From: Bugula neritina
Lineage: Eukaryota; Animalia; Bryozoa
Reading direction: 5' to 3'
Length of the DNA: 64,000 nt
NCBI GenBank assembly: GCA_964035545.1
Contig: OZ037767.1
Coordinates: 6,030,707 to 6,094,706 of the forward strand
Of the stretch, positions 12,907 through 24,625 are shown piece by piece. Within the stretch, counting starts at the first letter, position 1. Every line of letters begins with the position of its first letter. The notes below the pieces were generated by a model. That model made no database searches. It had not been told where the DNA came from and saw nothing but the letters and a program-made list of their open reading frames with translations. Both the position numbers and the translations under genes were made by a program.

Positions 12907-13155
12907 ATGTTCAATGGTGATCTTATATATTTTCAATGGTGATCTTATATATTTTCAATGGTGATCTTATTTATGCTCAATAGTGATATTATATATGTTC
13001 AATGGTGAGCTTATATATATTCAATGGTGATCTTATTTATGCTCAATAGTGATATTATATATGTTTAATGATGATCTTATTTCTGTTCAATGATGATCTT
13101 AGATATGCTCAATGCTGAACTAAGTTATATTCAAAGCTGAACTTATAAATGTTCC
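12907..13155. repeat. 22-bp minisatellite (TCAATGGTGATCTTATATATTT), about 11 copies decaying 3'-ward
   Basis: Periodicity read directly. Confidence 0.9.
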
Positions 13156-14759
13156 ATGCCGCTCTAATTTTCGTTGGAAATAAGCTTCTGCAAAAATTAT
13201 TAATGATCACTCTGAACTAACTTGTCATAACTTCTAACCAGTATGAGAGTATAGTAATGTGGATTTTATTGTATATGATAGTTGAATATAAGAAATGCAA
13301 CAAAAAATAACTTCTAAAGATTAAAATAAGAAAAAAAAACATGAAAATAAACATTTGCAGAATTTTTCTACGACTGTAAATTAAGTTAACTTTTCTCAAT
13401 ATTAGCAGAACCTGCTAAGACCATAGTGTGTGTCATTACATTCTTGCTCTGTAGTGTAGCGATAACCAAGCAGTTGTGGTGTGTAATGGTTAGCACACCT
13501 GTGTGCAAGTCCGAGGTCTGTGATAGTAACCCAAGTGCGGGAGGGGGAGGGGGAAGTTTTATAACTAATTCCAGCAGTTAGTAAAGTGTGGTAGTACTCC
13601 AAGAGGAGTTGAGTGGCCAGGGAAGCCTGAAGAAGTAGTATAAAAAGGGCAGCTGGGTTCTTGAGAAGTGGGTGAGGTGTAGTGTCGAGAGCGCCCAGTG
13701 AAGCTTGTAATGTAGTGGTGAGTGCGTCTGCTTGCAGGCTAAAGGTCTCGGCATGATTCGAAGTTCTGTGGCGGTCAAATTCTTTTTTGTGCTCTTATTC
13801 AGCATCTTTAAGTGCATGTTGTTGAAAAATGTTATGGGATCTACAACAAAAGATAAAAGTTGTTTAAAATTAAAACTCGTATTAGCATGAACAGTAAAAA
13901 TGCGTTAAGATATACAATCACAAGCAACGTAAATAAATTAAGTTCAACTTTGTAGAAGCTGAAGTCTAAGGCCAAAACTAATAGTATCTACAACGCTAGC
14001 TATAAATCTCAGCATAATTTCAGTGTCATCATACCAATTGCTTGACACTGAATAACTGTACAGGCTTTGGCAAACTTATGATCATTATGTTGCGTAGTGT
14101 TTGGGTTAGTTTGAGCTTATCAAAATTTAGTAGCAATTTTGGCCATCATTTTATTTCACTTCTTTTTTAATTACAAATGCAAGAGCTGTTGGGCATAATT
14201 AGTTTAGTTAATAAAAGCTTCTCTGCATCAAAAATATCTCAAAATGTCAGAGAACCACTATTTAAGCTAAAGTCAGCGTTTTATATAGACCCCTCATATT
14301 GAGATAACAGACAAATTTCAGTATGTCTATAAATTGAACAACAAATAACGTACTACCAAGAAAAATATTGCTACATGTTTTTATATTTAGTTGTGCTGTG
14401 CAAAGATAAATAAAAGAATAAACTGGTGGTACGGAAAGTAATAAATTTCTTTTTGTATTTATCAACTTTGCCAACTCACTACTAATTTTGGCATTTTGGT
14501 ACTTAGCTAAAAAAGTATAAAACAAGAAGCTAACTTGGCAGCTGCTTAAGGCCGATAACTACTTTTAGGCTGCTAAACTGCATTATTAACAATACTTCTA
14601 CAATCGGGGAGATTCAAATTAGTGAACTGAGCACAAGTTGCTAAAAGGTGAAGTAGAAATAAACGCTAATAGATGGTTACAGGAAAACTTGTATCAAATT
14701 GATGTAGGAATAGAGTAGTTTGGGAAATATCAGTCAATGTGGTCCTTATAAGTTATAGT

Positions 14760-15300
14760 TGCACCAAATCGAGTATCTGTCTACAGCAATAGTCATACTG
14801 TCTTTGTGATATTAAATGACAATGTAAGCAAATGATTGAGCTTACCCTTTGCTGCAATGACAACTTCAGTTCTAAGCTCTGAAAGAAAGTGTTCATCTTC
14901 TATCTCTAAGAGGTAACTGAAATCTTTACCCTTGTGATTAAAAGATTCAATGTCTTCATGTTGTGAGGTTGTGTGGAAGCACAAATTCACTGAATCTCAA
15001 AGCACAACCTCATAGTCTGAACTTCTGGTGTTCACTATGCCGGCAGAATATTTCTTCTGTCAATAGACCTGACTGAAAACTATGTGCTGTTATGTAATAA
15101 CCTTTGCTATGCTCTGTCACTGCTTGGTAAGCCAGGTTCTCGCCATTGAATTACAACTTAAATATTTCTGTACTATAGCTCTGTTATGCAACATTTTCTT
15201 TTGTTCCACCAAATAGCTTACACAACTTAGTTAGGCTTTTGAAGTGGTTTGCCTATTTAGTGGCTTGTTTCATTGTTAATTTTAGGCTTCTTGTTTGAAA
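14760..15300 (-). pseudogene. Probable decayed hAT (GTF2IRD2/ZBED5-like) transposase fragment
   Basis: Minus-strand frameshifted peptides resemble hAT motifs in the expected order: C-I-x-x-E-N-L-A (HCxxHxExL), AKG...FQS, EV...VL (HTEVRWLS region) and EDIESFNHKGKDFSYLLEIEDEHFLSEL. Many stops; boundaries approximate. Confidence 0.35.
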
Positions 15301-18300
15301 CACATTTGCTAATAACTGAGTGTGTTGGAGTTTAACGATACATCTCCCTGATCTCTCTTTTACCCACATTTTAAATTAGTTGGCTTTCCTTTCCATTAAT
15401 AGAATTGACTAGTGAAGCCTAAACTGCCCATGCAAGATATATGTGCAGTTGGAATTTTTTTGTTAATAAATTCAACTGCAGCCTTAGTTTGTGATAAACA
15501 GGGTGTGGCGATGTTTAATATCAGTCTGGTAACAAGCTATTTGAAAATATTTTAAATTTATTCAAATATACATGTACATATATTTCAACAGTATTCAAAT
15601 AAATTGCACGTAAAATGTATAAATAGCATCTAACTGGGAAGTACTATTTGAATTGACCCAAATGCAGGGTTCAACTTGAGTGTGCACTCTATCCTAGCTT
15701 CCTATAAAGCTTTGCGATCATCGTTAGTGCACATGTGAAGGAATAATGTTGTTAGGTGAACAACTGCTAATGGTTCCATAATTCTTATGTAAATAAAATT
15801 TTGTTTAAACATATTTCATTGTAGCATTGATCTCACTTTCTGCTCCCATCAACCACCGGTTAGCCTCATTCAGATCTAGTGATGATGGTTACATAATAAT
15901 GGTAAAAAGTAGTGGTGACTGAAAAACTAAGTGGTTTCAGAGCTACAACCAAATATTGTTCAGCTTACACTAATCTGATGAGTTTTCAATTTTATCAAAA
16001 TAAGTGCAGGTCTAACAACTATTTGAGGTGTGGTGCAGGCTATAACGACAATAAAAAGCTCTGCGAACAACTTTAGTGCACGCCCTGCACTAATATTTCT
16101 CTCTGTGTAGATTAACAAATCCGGGTTGGTGAGTTGGTTTACTGACTCAGTAAATATATAAGTCATAATGGTATGACTAGTTTACGTTATTATATTATAA
16201 TTAAATTATAATTATATTATAATTTCTTATTAAAATATTCAGCAGAACCAATCATTAGGTACAGGTCTCCTTAATAGTTCTACACATATAGCTTTATATT
16301 TTTATATAGCTTTAACAATAATATGTTTTTACAATACTATGGCTTTCTATTTACAGGACTATACTATGCACAAATGTACATCATATCATAATTTTTATAT
16401 ATACAAAATATGAGACCACAAAGATCTGTCTATAGTCTAGACTGTGGGGTATTAGCTAGGAGTTGGAATCCTAATTACTGATGACCTAGTTTGCACTTAG
16501 CTTGAAATCTTAAGTAGGCTGCTGGAAAATATTGTTACTTTAGTGAAGACAGAACCTTCCTTGTAAATCCAAGTGAAATAAGCTCTTGAATCTGCTGGTT
16601 TAACAGCAGCTGCAGCCAATGAAAGGGGCAGGCAAACTCTTACCTAGTTATTTCTTAGCCATACAAAAACATCTGGACAAAATTTAATGTTTTAATAGCT
16701 TAGAACTTTTTAAAATTAAAGATTATTGAAGAATCTAAAATAAGATAAAGAAAATCGGCTAACTTACAAGTTACTCAATTTATTTACGGTATAAAAGTAA
16801 TTTGATGTAAAATATTTATTACAAGTATGTATATAATATGTAGAGCACATTACCACATTAATGATTGTCTAGACAACTTTTAAATAAAAAGTTAGAAGTC
16901 TACTGACAGCTTTAACTAGTAACATCATTTTCTGTCCAGTTAACAAGAGAGATTATAGCCCGTTATTGTTCTTATAGCTGGGCAATTTATTCTATTGTTT
17001 TTAGAGTTGGTGTCACACTATGCTGAGAAATATTTAGCCCACACCTATTTCATCACAATTCAATTTCATCATGATTTCGTCATCATAATTTTTTGATGTC
17101 GGCTTGTTTTTTTAATTATTTGTCTACATACTAGAAACATGGAAATATAGTCAAGTTATTTCACATGTATTTAACATGGCAGTGGAGATAGATACAGAAT
17201 ATTCTCTTGTTAACTTGTACAAGCTTTAATTCACGACTTTTGTATTGCAAAAGTGATCATGAAGATATAATAATTATATTGTGGGCAATCTATTAGTCAC
17301 TTTGTGCACTCAAATTACCTATACTTGCAACATCACAAAAAATACCATTATAATAGTAATGGTCAGCCCCCAGATATTTATTTCTGTGTCATGTGATTTT
17401 GTAGCCTTAGATTCCCACAGAAGTGTAGGGGCGTCAAACCCCTTTCCCAAATAGCTTTTGAGATGCTAGCGTTGTGCTATGGCATTGCTGCTCATCCTGG
17501 TTACTGTAGATATAGTTCTGGACATTTTGTAGAAGCTCTGGTTTGCTCAGTGACAGAAGTTACCACCAGGAATGTCAACAATTTCAGTGGTGGATGAATC
17601 CTCAACTTCCTTCCTCCTTTCAAGTTATACTTTGGAAGTTTGTGCTCAGCTATGCTAGTCCAGTGCTTGTTCTTACTAGTTTGACTCTTGACTGTATTGT
17701 CACACCATGCCATGTAATTAAGTAACTATAAAAATACTTATGTAAATTTACATCCTGTTGAAAATAATTTGTGAATGAAAAATAAACAATCATGTTTTTC
17801 ATCAGCTGTTAGTTTTGCAATAAATTTGCCTGCTGTTCAGTCATGCATTTCCTACATACTGCGTATCGTTGCAACAGCTTCAATAACATGTCTCAACTCT
17901 GGAACACTAAAATTAGATTAATAATGCAAATTTGGAAAAATAATTCTGTCTGAAATAAAGTAACAGTGTCCTAACTAGTTTATATAAACACATTCTAGTC
18001 AACAAACAAATATTGTAGCATATTACAAAATTTCTAAATTCATTCACAACCTCACAACCATAAAGGATGCTTCAAGAAGTTGCTACTATTACAATTTATC
18101 AATTAAATGAACTCCTTCAGTACTTTTAAAGTAGCTTTTATACTACATAGATTACCTACTACCTACTGATAATCCGCTGTAGCCTTCCATGAGCTGCAGT
18201 GTCAGTTTTCTTTCAGCTTATAATTACTGTCATGTAAAGTATAAACCATCATATGTACCATTTTACTGTCATTATGCATATTATATACTTTATTTGTATC

Positions 18301-18792
18301 AGTTTATTATCAAATGTTTCAATGATTGCTTTGATTTTTAATTAGTTAAACCTTTCTCAACTGCTATTATAAGGTAGGTGCAACTCTTTCTAATCTAACA
18401 AAGACAGAAGAATATTTTATTTAACAATGATATAAAACTTTTTACAAATTTAACTCGTAACATAATAAAATATTACGTAACTAAAACGTATTCTAATCAA
18501 ATCATTGTACAAGCAAGTAGTATATAGTTGTAGCTCATAACATAGATTTCCTATTATTGCCTGCATACTTTTAATACCTTCCCTGTCTTTTTTGCATTTT
18601 AAATTTTGTATGAAAATTAAGCTATTTAATTAATGCAACCTCATCAGTTATTCTCAGAAGTATATTATTTTCGTAAAACTGCACTCTACTTGCTTCAGAA
18701 AAGCTTTTTCTACACATTTTGTTTACACTATTTTGAGATTCTGAGAGTCGTGGACAGTTATTAAAATTATAAATACTAGTTTTCAACAGTTA

Positions 18793-19136
18793 GCCTAGGG
18801 CCAAACGGTGCGTATTTTCGCATGCGAAAATTGAAATCACAAGTAGCAAAGGTGTCCACTGTAGCGTCAGTGATGCGTGATAAATAAAGTTTTCATTTTT
18901 AAATCGCACTCGCTTTTAATAAAACGCAATTTACTGGAATTTAGCACTAAAATAAAGAAATTGGGCTTGCTAAATAACTACCAACCAATTAGGTGACGAC
19001 GACAGAGACGATTCGCACTTGCGTTCAGAATGCTGAGCGACAAGTGCAAATGTTTTCTCAACGCGTACAGTGGACACCTTTGCTACTTGTGATTTCAATT
19101 TTCGCATGCGAAAATACGCACCGTGTGGCCCTAGGC
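18793..19136. mobile_element. Young MITE, PIF/Harbinger-like, 344 bp
   Basis: 71-bp TIRs (18793-18863 / 19066-19136) with one mismatch, flanked by TTA on both sides. Confidence 0.9.
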
Positions 19137-19963
19137 TTACAGCTCAAAATTAGTAACATGAATGTTATATGACCTATATAAATTAATGTTATCTATAATA
19201 AATATATATTGTTTTTAATAAATATATACTAACTATAAATTTACATATAAATTTGAGAGTATTTTATATAGTATAAAAGGTACTATTATTCATATAATGA
19301 TATAGTCTACTGATATATCTACAATACAAACTAGCTTTGAATTCTGTAACCAAGCACTGAATTTCTAAATTTCACCTGCATTTACTTTAAACTTGTGACT
19401 TTAATTTAACTTATAATAAATAAAGGTTATATAAAGGAGCTGCTGAGTGGCGGTTGAATAGCACTAGTTCTAGCATATATATTTATGTAGCATGAGAACT
19501 TCTCTTGAGACGCTTCAAACATAAATTTTGGATCAAAAGTTACAAACCTAAGCTAATCGGGAATCTACATCTCTGCACCAAAGTGTAACATGGAGGGGCT
19601 TTAGGAATATTTATCAGAAATATTACAACATTTGATGAAGGAGGAAATGTTGATAATTAAAAGACATTTTCATCACAGATCAACCTGTATAAGCAGTTTT
19701 TGTAATCTGATCAGTTTTCCTGTTTGCAGCTTTCCTTGTGTGAGACAATACAAAACTGGGTTTACTTGACTAAATTTCCAGGAAGAAAAGCCATTTTGCC
19801 TTGTACTGCAATGTATTGCTTCAAGTTATTTACTAAATAATTTTCATTGAGTAAATTGGTTGACACAGGCTCGTTCATTAAAATTTGCTATCATATTCAT
19901 TTTGTAACTCGCAGCAAATAACATTTATTAAAATAAATCAACAGCTCATTATGATAAAGTGTT

Positions 19964-20169
19964 GAGGGGGCAGCCGTGGTCTAGGGATTAGAGCGTTTGC
20001 CTAGCAAATACCAAGTCATGAGTTCGAGCCTGACAAAGGCTATTGGTGATGTTAGGAAGAGCATCCAGTCATAATTGCTCCTGTGCCCCATCTTAATAAG
20101 TACTTAGCCCGATATAACAAAAACCCTTTCCATCAGGGCACAGGGATGACAACTATAAATTTATGTGAG
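19964..20169 (+). mobile_element. tRNA-derived SINE (family A)
   Basis: A-box-like GTGGTCTAGGG, B-box GAGTTCGAGCC, body shared with six other copies; TSD ATTATG(A/G)TAAAGTGTT at 19948-19963 and 20170-20185. Confidence 0.88.
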
Positions 20170-20726
20170 ATTATGGTAAAGTGTTAAATTATACAACAAG
20201 GGAAGGGTGGTAATCATATTACATAAAGGCTTGAAATTGATACTGTGTTGAGAAAAATCATACTACAGCATTTGACCAGCCATGCTTGCAATAACATATG
20301 GATCACTGGTTACACTGACTGGCACTTGTTTTGACAACCAGTTCTGTCACTCTAGTGCAGTGATCATAACTATGATGAACCACTGAATGGTTTTGATGTC
20401 ATTTAGTATGCAAGTGACATCAAAATGCATTTTTGCAATATTTTTCTTGCTGAAGCAATCATGCTACTGGTAGATGTACCTTTACTTGTGATGAATCTCA
20501 AATGTTTAATATTTCAAGTTATTACGTTATACAACACGTTATACAACCTTATACAACATCATCACCATAATATTTTCAGTTGTATTAGTCTGAATAACAT
20601 TAACCTGGTGGCAGAAAAATGAAGATGTTTTAAACTCAATACTTTAAAATTAGCAGAATAAGTAGTCTTAGCTTGTGCAAATACAATTATCACTAGGCTG
20701 GGAGCTCAAATTCTACTTAATAGAAA

Positions 20727-21008
20727 GGAAATCGTTAGATGCACCACAGAGCTTGGGGTTACTGAGTGCAGTAGACTGAACTTAATTGTTTAAACATCAT
20801 TATCCAAATTCCAAACCTCATCTCCAAACCCCAAGCTATGTGCTGCATCTAGTGACTTACTAAGAAAAAATATTTGTGAAATCACTGGAAGCAGGGAACG
20901 CCGAGTTGGGGGTGACTGGGTGCAGAGTTTGTATCACCATCATGGTTCAAATCCCAACCCATCAACCACTACACCAACTCACTCGCTGCTTCAAGCAATT
21001 TTCAAATT
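20727..21008. mobile_element. Two adjacent diverged MITE family C copies
   Basis: Each has inverted arms similar to 5256-5393 (GAAATC.CTAGA.GCA... / ...GCTGC.TC.AG). Confidence 0.6.
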
Positions 21009-22399
21009 CTTTCATTGTAGCTGTTCTTGTGCCACTTTCAAAGCTTTTTTGTGGCCTGGTTGTTTTGGGCAAGCAGTTGATGCCCCTTAAAAAGTTCAAT
21101 AGCTGAGTTTAGAGCTGGTATGAACTTCACTGTTGACTGATCATATCTCTAAATATTAAACTGTATGTTAGAGATGAATAGTATTCAACATTTCAGTTAT
21201 ATCAGGGGACTTGAGGGTCATATAAGAATACCACAAAGTCATCGAACTAATGTGTTAGAACCACAAACAACAACATTGATAAGCCTTTGACCGTTAGTCA
21301 TGGTACATAGACTTCACATGTGACTGAACATCTACGTAATAGAATAGCACTTGATCTCCACAATAACAACAGTACGCTACAAAACAATATAAGGTTATAT
21401 GGTATCCTAAGGCACGCATTTATAGATAACCTTTCCAACAAGCAGCAATATATTAGATACATTATCAGGGGCTAAATTACATAACAAGGAAATACAAACA
21501 ACAAACACTTCAAAATGAGGCATGAAATTTTTTCCTATAGAATCTAGAGGCTCAAAATAGCGCGAGTCACTCCGAGTGTGATATTCCATTAGTCAATTGT
21601 GTACGAGTAGCCGATATTCTAGTACCAGCATAAACTAAAGAAAATATGTCAGGTAAATGTGGTAGGAGATTGCACATAAAAACAGGAAAGTTTGTAATGC
21701 TATATTTATATCAACTCATGACTTGCATGTGGAATATTCTAGAACACAAACTAACTCTTCATGCTAGACAAGGCATGACTCAGCTAATTTTACCTGGTGT
21801 ATGCTTTCAAAATGTAGTTCCGTGTGGTTTGGATTGTGTAGCTTTAACTGCTTTGTAGTCCCAGTTTTTAGCATTGTTAATGTCTTAATTGGAAAATTAA
21901 TATATTCTAAAAATCTCCACTAGATGCTATAAGCTACACAATTTTTAAAAATGAGCAATACATTCAATACATTCAATTCAAAAATAAAATAGAAATACTT
22001 GAGAGGTTTAAAAAAATTAGACAGCATAATATTACTTGAGTGGAGAAAACATCATTAAAAAAACTTATAATATAATTAACTCTAGTCCTTGATTGGAGTA
22101 TAAAAAGTCATCTGTCTGTATTTTGTTATAAAACCAAGCTTACACCCAAGGCCAACTGAAAAGTTAAAAACAAAATGGACAGACAATCTACATTTTTAGG
22201 CTAAACAGCTTTGTCCAGAACATGTCTGTAGTTATGGCATTGCTTTGTTTCTTATGATAGGTTCTTGTTTTTGGTTTGAAGTGTGAGTTGTACATCTTGA
22301 AATCAAAAATATGGGTATAGATATTAAGCAGCTGCTAAAATCATCAAACGTACATAAACTGAATAAACTTTTATTTCAAACCAGATCTGTTTCTCTGCT

Positions 22400-22536
22400 T
22401 GTGGAAGTATATACAAGTCACACAGTAACTAAACTAGATGTGACACTGTGGAAGTATATACAAGTCACACAGTAACTAAACTAAATGTGACACTGTGGAA
22501 GTATATACAAGTCACACAGTAACTAAACTAGATGTG
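22400..22536. repeat. 47-bp tandem repeat, about 3 copies
   Basis: Unit GTGGAAGTATATACAAGTCACACAGTAACTAAACTAGATGTGACACT. Confidence 0.92.
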
Positions 22537-23168
22537 TAACTATAGGAAAACCTATGGCTTGTATATCAAAGAGATGCTGAACTAAAATATTATGTTACTA
22601 AACATTTTATTAGCACCCTGTATAATTATGGGATAAAAGGCAATATTGACAATACTTCCAGTCGCTGGTAGACTCACAGCTGTTTTTCAATAATAATTAT
22701 TGCACTGAGTTGCAATATGTCAAGTGGTGGTGAACCAAAAAGTAATTAATTTCTTGAGTCTTTGTCCACCTAAAAAATTTAACAATAGCTTAAAAAACAT
22801 TTTGTTTTCCTCAGATTTGTAGTGTAAGTAAACGTAAATGTTTCTTCATCATTGCGACATCTATTCATATTTTGAATTCGCCCACAGTGTGATGACGTAG
22901 TAACCAGTATTATAATAATAATATCTTCCAAGTCAACTCAAAACCAACTGTCATAGTAAAGCTGTAGACACACATGCTCATGCTAAAGAAAATAGACAAT
23001 TTTATTTCAGTTTACAGTTTGTTTAATATAAAAAGTGTTGGTGTATTTAATAAATTATAACTTATAAATAACATAAGTCCGTGAATTTACAATATTTCTA
23101 CCATGAAAAGTTTAGAGATACCATCACATTTCAATAGTTGAAAATGCTTTTACACAAGCATTTACTGT

Positions 23169-23373
23169 GAGAGCAGCTATGGTTTTTATGGTTAGAGCAT
23201 TAGCTTAGTAAGCACAGGGTCAGTGGTTTAATCCCCAGTAAAGTTCATTAGTGATGTTAGGAAGAGCATTGAGTTATAATTGCTCCTGTGCCACTATAGA
23301 AACATGTCCTTAGCCAGTTTAACAGAGACTCTTTTCATCAGGTTCTCAGAGGATAGTGACTATAAATATTTAT
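23169..23373 (+). mobile_element. SINE family A, diverged copy
   Basis: Shared body; perfect 13-bp TSD AAGCATTTACTGT at 23156-23168 and 23374-23386. Confidence 0.85.
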
Positions 23374-23448
23374 AAGCATTTACTGTAAATGTATAGTTAA
23401 ATCTGCTTCATACATTCAAGCGCATCAATTTCTGATTGATTAGACTTA

Positions 23449-23664
23449 AAACTCACGCAAGTTTATAGTCACCATCCCTGTGAGAAAACCTCTAATGTAA
23501 AGGGTTTTGTTAAATCAGGCTAAGGACTTATTAAGATGAGGCACAGGAGCAATTATGACTGGATGCTCTTCCTGACATCACCAATGGCCTTTGTCAGGGC
23601 TCGAAACCCATGATTTTGTGTTTACGAAGCAAACGCTCTAACCCCTAGACCACGGCTGCTCCCC
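23449..23664 (-). mobile_element. SINE family A
   Basis: Reverse complement of the 19964 copy; TSD TCTGATT(G/T)ATTAGACTTA at 23431-23448 and 23665-23682. Confidence 0.88.
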
Positions 23665-23800
23665 TCTGATTTATTAGACTTAGACAGCACATATTTTAGT
23701 TTCTATCCTTAAACACAATTATCCTGACGATTCTCATGGCTTCTTCAATCAATTTATACCATAATTGAGTCTTTGACCACTATAATTTTCAATTGCTTAT

Positions 23801-23963
23801 CACTGCGTTTCCATGACTGCGCATAATGCGAATGAATGCTTCGTACGGATTATTTGTGGTTTGTGGTTTGCATTACCTTATAGTTGCGGTTTCATCCGAT
23901 GTAACTGTTTCCATTAGCCGAATGAAAAAATCCATTGCATAATGCGATAATGGAAACGCAGTG
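23801..23963. mobile_element. 163-bp MITE with CACTG termini
   Basis: Perfect 14-bp TIR CACTGCGTTTCCAT / ATGGAAACGCAGTG, further imperfect symmetry inside, TAT on both sides. Confidence 0.75.
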
Positions 23964-24299
23964 TATTAGAAGTTGAGAAATCTGTCATAGTCATGTGGAA
24001 GTGATTATAAGCAAAGTGTGGCACACATTATAGGAATAGCTTAGAAATAGGATATACAGTTTCAACATATCTACACAGTTCCTTGATGTAACTTTACTAA
24101 TTATATCTCTGCTGGAGCTCATGAAAGAGCCAGGGATCCAGTGTGAGCCAAATTCTATAAGACATAAGTTTGAGAGCAGCTTCTAACGGCTTACGCAATG
24201 CGGTAATGTAGGCAGTTGCCTTATTAGTAGCAGCAATGCTCAACACAGTGATACTATGCCTGCTGTTATCATTTCAAAAAGCTCACCTGTTTTTTCAAT

Positions 24300-24625
24300 T
24301 AGTTTCCATCCCTAACAATAGGGTTTTTAAAGCAGGCTAAAGACTTGTTTAATTTAGATACAGTAGTGGAAAAATTGAGATAGCCTAAATTCTCTTATTT
24401 TCTTAGGAAATTTGGGTTTGGACGAGAGTTAAAACTGTTGCGAGAATGTAACCTCTTTCGTTGCGTTTCTAATCTAGAACACAGGCTTTTCTCAGTTATT
24501 AGGCCTTCCTCACTTGTTGCTACTGTAGAACATGAACCAATGACCTTCCAGACACCACCAATGGCCTCACTGGGTTTCGCACCCATGACTTTGTGCTCAC
24601 TAAATTAACCACAGCTGAACCCTCT
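24300..24625. mobile_element. MITE family B copy (about 24361-24525) inside a decayed minus-strand SINE A
   Basis: CAGTAGTGGAAAAATTGAGATAGCCT arm; SINE body fragments at about 24300-24350 and 24545-24625. Confidence 0.55.

Noticed and set aside
19964-20040. tRNA gene
   Set aside because: It is the head of a dispersed SINE with TSDs; no complete cloverleaf.
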